From: a virus
DNA: 64,000 nucleotides
Reading direction: 5' to 3' (one strand)
Virus record (IMG/VR): IMGVR_UViG_3300035053_000267
Span: 47,748-111,747 of that record
Below the pieces are notes generated by a model, which was not told the DNA's origin, did no database searches, and worked only from the letters and a program-made list of their open reading frames with translations. Positions 1-8,766 of the stretch are shown here, piece by piece. Position numbers and translations under genes: made by a program. Every line of letters begins with the position of its first letter. Within the stretch, counting starts at the first letter, position 1.

Positions 1-750
1 GTTCTTTGAGGCCCATAATTCACCTACAAACTGTCTGTTCCTGTATTCCGCAGGAACAGTATCCGGCTGTTTAAACCTGAGACGATCCGTATGAACTATA
101 GGTTTTCCTGACTTATCAGTTCTATAACTCATAATTCTTACACTATCGTTCATAACGGATAGAAGAGCCTGTGCTCCATCTATTTTTTCACTTAAAACCG
201 AGTCATTATTAAACAGTTTGTCTATTTCAGCGGCAGAAACCTGTTTATATTTAGGTTTTTTATAGTCCACGGGCTTATTAGGAGTCGTGTTAACTACAAG
301 CCACGATCCCCCTTGAGTCTGTTTGTCCCTTTTTGACCCACTACCGGCCGTATCTTTCATTCTCAGCATAATAAAATACTCGGGGTTCTTTTTATCAGCT
401 GTAAGAAACCTTATATAGTTATTACTGGCATCAGTAATGATAATCTTGCCATCACGCTCTTTTTTTACTGTACCTTTACCGTATCCGGACGGTATTTTGC
501 CTTCAAAGTCCTTATACGAATACCCGTGGACTGGTTGCTGATACCAGACTCTTTTGTCTCCCGGTGCAGGTATCTCCTTCTTTGTAGCGAAGGAATACAG
601 CCCTGTACTTGGCGTACCGAACCTTACATCTCTGTGTTTACCGGCTCGCTGGGCATCATGTTGCTGCACAACGAAATCAACAGGATTACCTGTAGGTAAA
701 TCAGAAAATCTTCCAAACCGTCTATAATTATAAGAAGTCTTAGAAAGCAT
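1..750 (-). CDS. LigD-type 3'-phosphoesterase domain fused to an ATP-dependent ligase/nucleotidyltransferase domain (partial, runs off the left edge)
   Basis: Manual translation from ATG at 750 gives FVVQQHDAQRAGKHRDVRF...YSFA...HGYSYKDFEGKIPSGYGKGTV (LigD PE motifs), then LSEKIDGAQ (KxDG ligase motif I). Not in the ORF track. Confidence 0.8.
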   Translation of the reverse strand, partial: MLSKTSYNYRRFGRFSDLPTGNPVDFVVQQHDAQRAGKHRDVRFGTPSTGLYSFATKKEIPAPGDKRVWYQQPVHGYSYKDFEGKIPSGYGKGTVKKERDGKIIITDASNNYIRFLTADKKNPEYFIMLRMKDTAGSGSKRDKQTQGGSWLVVNTTPNKPVDYKKPKYKQVSAAEIDKLFNNDSVLSEKIDGAQALLSVMNDSVRIMSYRTDKSGKPIVHTDRLRFKQPDTVPAEYRNRQFVGELWASKN

Positions 751-806
751 AAAAAACCTAGATTTATGCTTTATTATACGTCACCACCGGGATTAAATAA
801 AGGATA

Positions 807-1022
807 TTATTTCCTGGATTTTTTTAACTCCTTCTTTAATCTGCATTTAATCACCTCAGTAAGAGAAAAACGGCTTTGCATCCATTGATTCCACGTTATC
901 TCTAAAGAAAGGCGCTCATCTGTATCTAAAAAATCAGCGAAGACACATATAACCTCGCCTACCAGGCTGACACCTATATTAGATGCACCTAAATCATGTT
1001 TTAATTTAAATAGATCTTCCAT
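807..1022 (-). CDS. hypothetical protein
   Basis: ORF in a tightly packed minus-strand run. Confidence 0.5.
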   Translation of the reverse strand: MEDLFKLKHDLGASNIGVSLVGEVICVFADFLDTDERLSLEITWNQWMQSRFSLTEVIKCRLKKELKKSRK

Positions 1023-1329
1023 GTCTAAACAAGTGTCTCGATTTGAAAAACGATATCCATTGGTTGCGTGACAAGCAGGCCGTTAATAGAGCTCCATTTT
1101 TGTACACTCTACAGACTGCTTCTCCATAAACAGTATCGCGCTCTTTCATAATATAATAGATATTGCCAAACGGATCAGCCCACATCCCATGCTGCTCAAC
1201 ATTAGTGCCTCTAGAAAACAGATGAGCCACATGACCTGCACATATATTAAAAAAATTCACAACCATAAAAGAACAACATAAGCCTATCATAACAAGACAG
1301 GGAACACACAGCAAATAATACATATTCAT
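1006..1329 (-). CDS. hypothetical protein with N-terminal hydrophobic segment
   Basis: ORF overlapping the next gene; hydrophobic N-terminus. Confidence 0.5.
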   Translation of the reverse strand: MNMYYLLCVPCLVMIGLCCSFMVVNFFNICAGHVAHLFSRGTNVEQHGMWADPFGNIYYIMKERDTVYGEAVCRVYKNGALLTACLSRNQWISFFKSRHLFRHGRSI

Positions 1330-1339
1330 TACAATCTCG

Positions 1340-1717
1340 TTAAAGCATTATAGTTGACTTCTTCTTTTTAGAGTATTTTTTTCTAGATGCTTTTTTTCTT
1401 AAAACCTTGTCGGCTGCTTTTACTGACTTAGTACTCTCTTTATCTTTAGTGTTCTCAGTTTTTACAGGCTTACTCTTTTTAACTTTAAACTTAATGGCCG
1501 CTCCATCGCCGTACACTATATCCTTTTTCAAAAGGGAATACCTGAGATCCCCTCTCCTGTCATAGGGCTTAACATTAGCTCTTATAGGCATCCCATTGCG
1601 TACAGCAATATCAGCTTCAATATCTTTAAGAAGTTCACCAAACTGATAGGCAACATCGCAGTCTGTAAAAGGACACGTTGGGTTCATTTCAATTACTAAA
1701 TTCAAAAAATGTTTCAT
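1340..1717 (-). CDS. hypothetical protein with Lys-rich C-terminus
   Basis: ATGA overlap with the upstream gene; basic tail. Confidence 0.55.
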   Translation of the reverse strand: MKHFLNLVIEMNPTCPFTDCDVAYQFGELLKDIEADIAVRNGMPIRANVKPYDRRGDLRYSLLKKDIVYGDGAAIKFKVKKSKPVKTENTKDKESTKSVKAADKVLRKKASRKKYSKKKKSTIML

Positions 1718-1968
1718 AGGTCAAACTCATAAATCCTTTCAGAATTAAGCAGTAAACTTTTAACTCCATCTTCCGTAATATTATTAAAATAAAAAACCGT
1801 AGTCTTCCTGGATATGTTAGTAGTGGAAAGAACATCATACAGTTTGTCTATTTTTTCATTCTGTTTTTTTATGTGATCCATTATATACAGGGTACTGACC
1901 GATGCGCTTGGCGTAGTACACCCGAAACATAAAATAAAAATCAATACTATAAAGTTTTTGATATGCAT
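1714..1968 (-). CDS. putative lipoprotein
   Basis: AAGGAG RBS; signal peptide with lipobox-like CFGC. Confidence 0.5.
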   Translation of the reverse strand: MHIKNFIVLIFILCFGCTTPSASVSTLYIMDHIKKQNEKIDKLYDVLSTTNISRKTTVFYFNNITEDGVKSLLLNSERIYEFDL

Positions 1969-1974
1969 ATCAAA
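1957..1974. promoter_or_regulatory. perfect palindrome TTTGATATGCATATCAAA (copy 1), operator-like
   Basis: Same palindrome at 31865-31886; this copy overlaps the start codon at 1968. Confidence 0.5.
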
Positions 1975-1989
1975 CTCCTTTTTTAAGTG

Positions 1990-2066
1990 TGGTCGGAGAG
2001 GCAGGATTTGAACCTGCGACTTCGTGGTCCCAAACCACGCGTACTGCCAAACTGTACTACTCTCCG
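1990..2066 (-). tRNA. tRNA-Pro(TGG) with encoded CCA
   Basis: Cloverleaf CGGAGAG...; anticodon arm CGTGG-TT-TGG-GA-CCACG; GTTCAAATC T-loop; ends in ACCA. Confidence 0.95.
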
Positions 2067-2074
2067 ATTCATAG

Positions 2075-2148
2075 TGGGCCCGGCAGGATTTGAACCTGCG
2101 ACCAGAGAATTATGAGTTCCCTGCTCTAACCAGCTGAGCTACAGGCCC
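2075..2148 (-). tRNA. tRNA with CAT anticodon, probably Ile2 (lysidine type) rather than Met
   Basis: GGGCCTGTAGCTCAGCTGGTTAGAGCA...CTCATAA...GGTTCAAATCC; resembles bacterial ileX-type tRNAs; no encoded CCA. Confidence 0.88.
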
Positions 2149-2169
2149 GAACAAATAACAAACTGAGTT

Positions 2170-2184
2170 CATTATATTATGCCA
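2170..2184 (-). promoter_or_regulatory. TGGCATAATAATATG extended -10-like promoter motif upstream of the tRNAs
   Basis: Member of a recurring motif (also 6681, 8925, 8992, 29477, 49319). Confidence 0.45.
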
Positions 2185-2935
2185 CTAGCATCCTTTTGGT
2201 TTAAGATTAACCTTTTTTTCCATCCTGGAAAGATCAGGACGCATACCAATAAAACGACCAATATACTCTAAACACCTGGCATCTGTCAACTCAGCAAAAG
2301 CTACTTCTAATGTATTATCAGGATAAAGCTTTTTGAATCTCTCCCACTGGCTTCTGGTTTCCTCCCAATAAAACTCCAGAAAAAATCTAAGTTTATCGAA
2401 ATCCGGTCTGCCATCAGTGTACAATGAAAAACCATCTATATTTATTCTATTCAAAACACACCGATCAGTAGGATCAAAAAATGACCGCTGACGCAGCCCT
2501 TTTAAAAAAAGACCTGAAATGCTTTGATCCCCTTCTTTTAAGACGGAGCCTGTGCCTTTTAAGAAAAGAATTAACTGTATCTTCTTTAGGCCTTTCTATA
2601 TAAATCACTTTATAATCCATATCAGACATTTTAGGCAGAGCCCAGCATGTCCACTTCATTTTAAGATCAGTTACAAAAACCCTACCAGCCTCTCCAACTC
2701 TAGATACAATCGAGTTAACAGTACGTCTCTGTAAATCAAAAGCCTCATTAGAATCAAGATCATTAAGTTTTTTCAGCTTAGAAATATAAAACAGTTTAGA
2801 CCTCATATTCTCGTGAAAAGTGACCCCATCTTCTGTTTTAAATACTCTGGTTTTACTCCACGCGCCGTGACCAAAACAGGACGACAGAAACGCAGTCCCC
2901 GTTCTTCCAGTTGTGAACAAACAATTAATCTGCAT
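2185..2935 (-). pseudogene. sulfotransferase-like P-loop protein split by a 1-nt frameshift (ORFs 2474-2935 and 2185-2454)
   Basis: N-part LFTTGRTGTAFL (5'-PSB-like) and KVIYIERP; C-part LEVAFAELTD...IGRFIG. The frames overlap across A6 (2476-2481) and A7 (2504-2510) runs. Confidence 0.55.
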
Positions 2936-3060
2936 AAAACACCTCACATATAGTTTAAAGCACCACAAAAAAAAAGAGCAAGGACGCTTCATCCCTACTC
3001 TTTAATGCCAATAGCTTGTCTGCCTACAGCCAACGAGCAGACAGCAAAAAGCGAAATTTA

Positions 3061-3732
3061 TTAAATACGAGGCCCGTACTCAGGCTGAGGAGCGCCCAGA
3101 TTTGACCTCCGTCTCCCAACGGGACCAACAGGAGCCGTACGAACCCCATACTCACGCTGCGGGTTAATCAAGTTTGCCGCCCGACTCCCAATAGTCTCGA
3201 AAAGAGGATCATTAAGATAATTATGCCAAAAGCTCGTAGGCAAACCGGGCTCGTCCGACCTCCAATCTATTCTTTTAAACAGATTAGCAGCAGAATACGG
3301 ATTAAGCTTTGGATCGTTCACAATCTGTGAGAACGCAGATACATCATTGTTATCTTTTTTAACTGGAGTGTCATCTTTTTTAACTGGAGTGCCATACTCA
3401 TTAAAACCATAACCAGCTATAGCTCCAAGAGCGGCCCCAGGCCCAACTCCTTCACTAAATCTACCCTTAAGCAGTCCCTGATTAAACAGACCTCCGCCTA
3501 CACCCCCTATGCCGGCACCAACAGTCGTAGAGAGTAGCTTTCTTTGAACTTCAGGATCACTAAAATACTCTTTAATAGACTGAACTATACTTTTAGTACT
3601 CTCTTTAATGCCATCTGCATTCTCAGCTACACCAGCAGCTTTAAACATATCTACAATATCATTAGAAGCGGATTTAGACAGTCCAGCTTCTTTACAGTAC
3701 CCTATTAATCCTTGTTCAAATGGTGTGCTCAT
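3061..3732 (-). CDS. putative virion internal protein, Gly-rich hydrophobic hairpin; paralog of 3739-4224
   Basis: N-terminus FEQGLIGYCKEAGL...KAA; GxxxG-rich segments; shares YFSDPE/YLNDPE with its neighbour. Confidence 0.55.
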   Translation of the reverse strand: MSTPFEQGLIGYCKEAGLSKSASNDIVDMFKAAGVAENADGIKESTKSIVQSIKEYFSDPEVQRKLLSTTVGAGIGGVGGGLFNQGLLKGRFSEGVGPGAALGAIAGYGFNEYGTPVKKDDTPVKKDNNDVSAFSQIVNDPKLNPYSAANLFKRIDWRSDEPGLPTSFWHNYLNDPLFETIGSRAANLINPQREYGVRTAPVGPVGRRRSNLGAPQPEYGPRI

Positions 3733-3738
3733 GACTAT

Positions 3739-4224
3739 TTAATTCCAATCTATTCTATTATACAAATTTTCAGAAGAATACGGATAGTAAGGAATCCATG
3801 GATTAGATTTAGCCGCACTTTGATAAGTCGGCACTTTAGGGCGGCTATACGTATCCAATATCTCTTCCTGACGATCAATATTTTCTACTCTATCTTTTGA
3901 CCCAGTGCTTTTTCCAGCCTGCATTATTTTCGGCCAGTAATAACCACCAAGACCACCAAGGCCTCCACCTAAAGCTGCGCCACGCCAGAAAGAGCCACCA
4001 CGTAGCATATTAGCTAAACCCATTCCACCGCCACCTAAGGCTACACCTGTAAGTGTTCTGGAAAGCATTTTCTGATTCTCTGGATCGTTAAGATAATTCG
4101 ATACAGAGTTTAAAAACCCACCTTCTTCAGCTTGTTTTACTAATTGAACGACTAGCTCAGAGTCTTGTTCGTTTAAATTAGCTTCTTTACAAAACTCTCT
4201 AGCACCTTTTTCAATAGCATTCAT
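3739..4224 (-). CDS. putative virion internal protein, Gly-rich; paralog of 3061-3732
   Basis: IEKGAREFCKEANL...KQA; GVALGGGGMG and GAALGGGLGGLGG. Confidence 0.55.
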   Translation of the reverse strand: MNAIEKGAREFCKEANLNEQDSELVVQLVKQAEEGGFLNSVSNYLNDPENQKMLSRTLTGVALGGGGMGLANMLRGGSFWRGAALGGGLGGLGGYYWPKIMQAGKSTGSKDRVENIDRQEEILDTYSRPKVPTYQSAAKSNPWIPYYPYSSENLYNRIDWN

Positions 4225-4254
4225 TGGATCGCCTTTTTTACATGTACTGTACTG

Positions 4255-4473
4255 CTACAGTTTAATACTTTGAACTTCAGGAATTTTATTATACCCTAAA
4301 ATGTTTAAAATGTCATTAAATCCTTTTTCTCCAGCAGTTTTAAACCAGACGGCGTCATTTACTTTCATTCCAACCGCAATAGGTTCTCCACTATCTAGTG
4401 CCACTATCACATTATTAGCTCCACTTAAAACTACAGGCTCCTTATTACCGCTAGTTTGAGAAAAAATAATCAT
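4255..4473 (-). CDS. hypothetical protein
   Basis: ATGA overlap; operonic. Confidence 0.55.
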   Translation of the reverse strand: MIIFSQTSGNKEPVVLSGANNVIVALDSGEPIAVGMKVNDAVWFKTAGEKGFNDILNILGYNKIPEVQSIKL

Positions 4474-5138
4474 TGTGACAGCTTCTTAAGAGCATTCGCC
4501 AGTTTATATGCCGCAGGCTTTATATTCTGACCTTGCGAAGCTCCATAAATAGCCTGATTGGCCCCTGGACCAAGCGGGCCGGCAGTTGCCGGCATCCCCG
4601 CAGAGGGGTCTCCAACTGAACCAGCACCCATGCCAAACCCCTGAGCGGCACCAGGCACTGCGCCAGCCTGTTCGGAAGGAGAAGGAGTCATCTCAGTCAA
4701 CAAAGCTTCAAACATACCAGCGATATCAGATACAGCCTGCTCAAGAGACTGCAGTCTCTGTTCAATCTGTTTATCACCTTCAGATCCTGAAGAATTATTC
4801 TGTTTTTTGTCTTCATCCTTGTTTCCGGACTCGGACATAACTTCACGCACCGCACTGACAACATCATCATATGTCAACGCAGAAGAGGGAGGCTCCGGAG
4901 AGGGACCAGGCCCCGGAGGCAAGGGCTCGGCAGAGGGGGTGGAGCCTCCCATAGCACCAAAAGAATCAACAGGCATTGCAGCAGGATCAGCAGACATCAT
5001 AGCAGCCTCCGGTGGGACGGGGCCAGCAGGTGACGCCATAGGCGGCGCTCCCTGAGCTTCTGGAAGCATAGGTACAAAAGAATGCTTATCCATACCTTGC
5101 AAAGAATCAATAACTAAATCAAAAAGTTGTTTATTCAT
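4470..5138 (-). CDS. Pro/Ala/Gly-rich low-complexity protein with short coiled coil (possible head/scaffold component)
   Basis: Composition; heptads IEQRLQSLEQAVSDIAGMFEALL. Confidence 0.5.
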   Translation of the reverse strand: MNKQLFDLVIDSLQGMDKHSFVPMLPEAQGAPPMASPAGPVPPEAAMMSADPAAMPVDSFGAMGGSTPSAEPLPPGPGPSPEPPSSALTYDDVVSAVREVMSESGNKDEDKKQNNSSGSEGDKQIEQRLQSLEQAVSDIAGMFEALLTEMTPSPSEQAGAVPGAAQGFGMGAGSVGDPSAGMPATAGPLGPGANQAIYGASQGQNIKPAAYKLANALKKLSQ

Positions 5139-5175
5139 ACCATTTATTTTACGAAAATCGAACGGGCTCCTCTCT

Positions 5176-5577
5176 TTAACCCAGTGAGTTGGCCAACTTG
5201 TTAAAGGCCTTAACTGCTTTCTTTTTTAATACAAACTTTGTAATGAGTTTATCAGCAACAGCCTTCTTATCGACACTGTTTTCCTCCTGATCGCCGTCAT
5301 CTTCTTCATCAGATTCTTTAGACTGAGCCTGATCACACTCAGCTTTCTTTTCTACATCCTCATCATCAGTTGATTGGGTGTCCGGATCGCTGCGCTCTTC
5401 TTCCTTGGGGGTCTCAGTATTTTCAACGCTGCCTTCAGAGTTTTCAACGGTTTTGTCAATTTTAATGCCCTCATCTTCAGCAGCCTGTATTACCTCTTTT
5501 TTCAGGTCATCACCTTCAGCTGCCGACTTATGGACAGTATCATTACTAGGATTCTCATACACATAAATAGAAGTCAT
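5176..5577 (-). CDS. acidic low-complexity protein with several KxA motifs
   Basis: E/D-rich; KSA and KKA x3. Confidence 0.55.
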   Translation of the reverse strand: MTSIYVYENPSNDTVHKSAAEGDDLKKEVIQAAEDEGIKIDKTVENSEGSVENTETPKEEERSDPDTQSTDDEDVEKKAECDQAQSKESDEEDDGDQEENSVDKKAVADKLITKFVLKKKAVKAFNKLANSLG

Positions 5578-5620
5578 AACATGATCCGTTAGCTAGAGTT
5601 AGATTCAAATTATGGTAATA

Positions 5621-5649
5621 ATTATCACACATTAGAAGGGCGTAGTCAA
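5621..5649 (-). promoter_or_regulatory. sigma70-like promoter TTGACT-N17-GATAAT
   Basis: Just downstream of a terminator and upstream of the 5577 operon. Confidence 0.45.
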
Positions 5650-5661
5650 CCACTAAAACAT

Positions 5662-5691
5662 AAAAAGAGGGCCAATTTACGCCCTCTTTTT
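5662..5691. terminator. intrinsic terminator, bidirectional shape
   Basis: AAAAAGAGGGC-loop-GCCCTCTTTTT. Confidence 0.75.
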
Positions 5692-5696
5692 AACGT

Positions 5697-6563
5697 TCAC
5701 TGAATTACTGCTTTATTTATAAGGTCCATAATGTCAGACTCTTTGAGCATTTTAGTAGTTTTGGCCAAAGATCCATCATCGGACACCCAACTTACAGCGT
5801 CTTGTTGCCTCACTTGTGTAAAGTTTAAAACATCTGTTCCGTCGTTAAAGTCTACACAAAACAAACTTAAACCAGAACCACGCGGATCAGGTGCCACCGT
5901 TATGGCAACGCTCGGATGGTTATAACAGTACACCCTCAGGCCCCGCTCTACGCGGTTAGCCATTGTAATGACTGCTTTAAACTTACCAGACGGAGTGTCA
6001 AACGTCCGCAGACTGGAGAACTCCTCGACTTCATTCGATTCCACGCCAGCCTGCACTATAGTCTTAACAATAGTGCCCCCTATTTCTTTCATAAGTTCCA
6101 ATAAAGGAACCTTGGAGGTACCTAAAGTCGCGTCAGTCCGTATACTTGTAAGCTCCCCAAACCTGTGTATTAAGGCCTCCGCTATGGGGTCACTATAAAC
6201 CAGGTGCCTGGGAATCCCCAGATATTCAGATCCGGACCATACTCCTTTATTGTCCAAAACAGCACAAAATTTTACCCAGTTGAACGCCGCCTTAGCTGTA
6301 CCCAGTAAGTGATAATAATTCAGAACCAGAGAAAATGCAGAGATCTCAGGGCTATTCAGCTGGTGATGATCAAAATTATGAGTCAGCGGGCAATGTACGC
6401 CCCCAACATCGACAACCCATTTGTCTCTGTCATCAAGCATATGAGTAGTTACTCCATTGGAAGAAACTCTCTGTACCTGTTCAACATTCTCCTGAGATGC
6501 TATAATGCAGCATGCCAGAAACTCGTCAAAATGCGCACCACCAGTGTGTGTTATAATTTTCAT
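5697..6563 (-). CDS. MYG1-family (UPF0160, DHH-like) exonuclease/hydrolase
   Basis: ITHTGGAHFDEFLAC, VVDVGG, FDHHQ, LDN motifs; likely start ATG at 6563. Confidence 0.8.
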   Translation of the reverse strand: MKIITHTGGAHFDEFLACCIIASQENVEQVQRVSSNGVTTHMLDDRDKWVVDVGGVHCPLTHNFDHHQLNSPEISAFSLVLNYYHLLGTAKAAFNWVKFCAVLDNKGVWSGSEYLGIPRHLVYSDPIAEALIHRFGELTSIRTDATLGTSKVPLLELMKEIGGTIVKTIVQAGVESNEVEEFSSLRTFDTPSGKFKAVITMANRVERGLRVYCYNHPSVAITVAPDPRGSGLSLFCVDFNDGTDVLNFTQVRQQDAVSWVSDDGSLAKTTKMLKESDIMDLINKAVIQ

Positions 6564-6697
6564 AATAAGTATTTTTTGCAATCTTTATAAACTGCAAGGA
6601 CGCCTCTCTTCGCCCGTTTAGTGCCGACCTTCCTCTTAACAAAAAACAGCAAACCGCAGCTGAATAAAATTAAGAGCGTACAATATATTATTCCTAT

Positions 6698-7354
6698 TTA
6701 CTGGAAATAATGAAGCTTAAATATATCGTATTTTCTGGTAAGATACGGCACTCCATCACTATTAGAATACAGCCATGCCAGAACAATCTGTTTAGACTTC
6801 TTACCAACACACAATGAATCTGTGTACTCCCCGACAGACCTTATCTTAAAATCTGAAGCAACGTCCGCAGACGTAAACTCATTAAACACAGCCATGACCT
6901 CTTTGATAAATAAAGGCCGGCCCAATAAAGACATGTAATACCTATTTACACTTCCATCTCCGTCCATATATCCTAGAATAAACTTTTTACAGGGATCGGC
7001 GTAGGTCCTTATGTGCTCAGGAAAAGTATAATTATACGTTTTTCTAGGAATTATATTAAATTTTCTTAAATCCTTAGAGATCTGATAAGAAGTAAATCTC
7101 AATCGGCATACATGGCACTCAGTGCCTTTAACTGTACGACAATAATCCTCCACCTCATTTTCAGCCTGCACAAAATCTCTGAATTTAAGAAGATGATCAA
7201 AATCAGCATAAGCCAGCTCAAGACCGATCCTGGACTTTTTGGATACAGTCCCGTCGGCCGCTAAAAACCCGGCCCAATATAACGCCTCTTCAGTATAAGG
7301 ATAACTGAAGACGTTTTCTTTTACGTAACCTCTTTTTGACATTCTTTGATGCAA
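6698..7354 (-). CDS. free-standing LAGLIDADG homing endonuclease
   Basis: Two motifs: YWAGFLAADG and FILGYMDGDG. Confidence 0.85.
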   Translation of the reverse strand: MHQRMSKRGYVKENVFSYPYTEEALYWAGFLAADGTVSKKSRIGLELAYADFDHLLKFRDFVQAENEVEDYCRTVKGTECHVCRLRFTSYQISKDLRKFNIIPRKTYNYTFPEHIRTYADPCKKFILGYMDGDGSVNRYYMSLLGRPLFIKEVMAVFNEFTSADVASDFKIRSVGEYTDSLCVGKKSKQIVLAWLYSNSDGVPYLTRKYDIFKLHYFQ

Positions 7355-7542
7355 TCCATGAGGTTTCTAGCCAGACGTTGCTGCTGCGTAACATGCTCCT
7401 CTATGGCTTTGATAAACAGAGAAGACCTGGAATCCAAATTAACATCATGATCATGAATAATATCAGCCATATGACGAAGCATATAAGCCACATTAAACAT
7501 ATCTACATATATGGTTACCAGGTCGCGATAGTTACAAGCCAT
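7321..7542 (-). CDS. hypothetical protein
   Basis: AGGTG RBS before ATG at 7542; overlaps the start of the LAGLIDADG gene. Confidence 0.45.
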   Translation of the reverse strand: MACNYRDLVTIYVDMFNVAYMLRHMADIIHDHDVNLDSRSSLFIKAIEEHVTQQQRLARNLMDCIKECQKEVT

Positions 7543-7558
7543 AATCCACACCTATTAG

Positions 7559-7587
7559 TTGACTTATTATTCATAGTTGCATATTAT
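7559..7587 (+). promoter_or_regulatory. sigma70 promoter TTGACT-N17-TATTAT for a leaderless tnpB transcript
   Basis: The -10 box ends 6 nt before ATG 7594; no RBS. Confidence 0.55.
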
Positions 7588-8730
7588 ATAAAAATGATTA
7601 GAACGGTGTCAATAACGGTTCCTGTAAAAGCAGAGGAGTACTTACCTCTGCTTAAAGAGGCGTCTGCTATTTTCAATCAACACGTTGAGTGGGCGTTCAC
7701 TGAAGGAACATATAATAAAAACAAAGCCCACCATGCACTGTACCGTACTATTCGTGAAGAGTATCCTGAGTTCCCGTCAGCACTAATTCAGTGCGTGCGC
7801 GACACCGCAATGGAGGCGATTAAACGAGACAAGTTCAGACACAGACCCTCAAAGAAGGAAACTTCCGGTATCCGACTCAATAAACTCCTAATTTCAGTTA
7901 AAGGGGCTTGGGTATCTTTAGTACATCCAGGAAAGCGTTTTAGGTTTAAAGCCTCATTTCCTGATTTCTTCAGAGAAGTAATTGAGAATGGAGAGTTCAG
8001 GTCCGCTACGCTATGTTACTTGAAGAAAGGTAACAGGATTGTTTTAAATCTATCTTACCAGTTAAACAACCCTGAATCCTCTAAAGGCTCCAAGGTATTG
8101 GGAGTAGACCGTGGAATTTACAACTTAGCTTCTACTTCAGATGGAAAACACTATTCTGGATCTGAGGTAAGAGCACAGCAACGAAAGCACTTATACAAGA
8201 AGAGACAGCTCCAAGCAAAAGGTACGAAGTCTGCAAAGAGAAAACTTAAGAAGATCTCTGGTAGATACGCACGGTTCAGCAAGGACGTCAACCACTGTAT
8301 AAGCAAGAGCATTGTATCCGAAGAAGGTCTAAAGACGATAGTTCTAGAGGATCTAAAAGGGATACGGTCTCAGAGAAGAGGCAAGAAGTTAAACAAGTGG
8401 TTGAGCTCGTGGAGCTTTTACCAACTTCAAACCTTTCTTAAGTACAAAGCAGAGGCCCTAGGAATCAGCGTGGATTACGTAGACGCCAGGTACACCTCTC
8501 AAAAATGTAGCTCTTGTGGTTACACAAGCAAGGACAACAGAAATAAACACTCGTTTACCTGTATATCCTGTGGCCACTCTGAAAATGCCGATACGAATGC
8601 TGCTAAAAACATTAAACAGAATTATCTTATCTCCTTACTTGATAAGGAGCAGGCTGCTGTCAATCAGCCAAATGTCTCACAGGATCTCCTGTAGGGACAA
8701 GCTCACCAGCTTGTCTAGTGAGCAGTTGAC
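7564..8730 (+). mobile_element. IS200/IS605-family (IS1341-like, tnpB-only) element
   Basis: TTGAC immediately to the left; right-end hairpin GCTCAC...GTGAGC followed by AGTTGAC; no tnpA. Confidence 0.75.
7594..8694 (+). CDS. tnpB: RNA-guided endonuclease TnpB
   Basis: RuvC motifs LGVDRG, VLEDL, NADTNAAKNI; TSQKCSSCG...CISCG zinc finger; probable start MIRTV at 7594. Confidence 0.93.
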   Translation: MIRTVSITVPVKAEEYLPLLKEASAIFNQHVEWAFTEGTYNKNKAHHALYRTIREEYPEFPSALIQCVRDTAMEAIKRDKFRHRPSKKETSGIRLNKLLISVKGAWVSLVHPGKRFRFKASFPDFFREVIENGEFRSATLCYLKKGNRIVLNLSYQLNNPESSKGSKVLGVDRGIYNLASTSDGKHYSGSEVRAQQRKHLYKKRQLQAKGTKSAKRKLKKISGRYARFSKDVNHCISKSIVSEEGLKTIVLEDLKGIRSQRRGKKLNKWLSSWSFYQLQTFLKYKAEALGISVDYVDARYTSQKCSSCGYTSKDNRNKHSFTCISCGHSENADTNAAKNIKQNYLISLLDKEQAAVNQPNVSQDLL

Positions 8731-8766
8731 TGTATCATTCATAAAACCAAGGTCAAGCCAATAGCT

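Noticed and set aside
3351-3392. 21-bp tandem duplication (TPVKKDD x2)
   Set aside because: In-frame linker duplication with only two copies.
6698-7354. Group I intron around the LAGLIDADG gene
   Set aside because: The flanking genes are not two halves of one gene and no intron core was recognised; treated as free-standing.
7336-7593. 86-aa N-terminal extension of TnpB in the ORF track
   Set aside because: It lies outside the element's left end and antisense to a minus-strand gene; the promoter and TnpB homology start at 7594.
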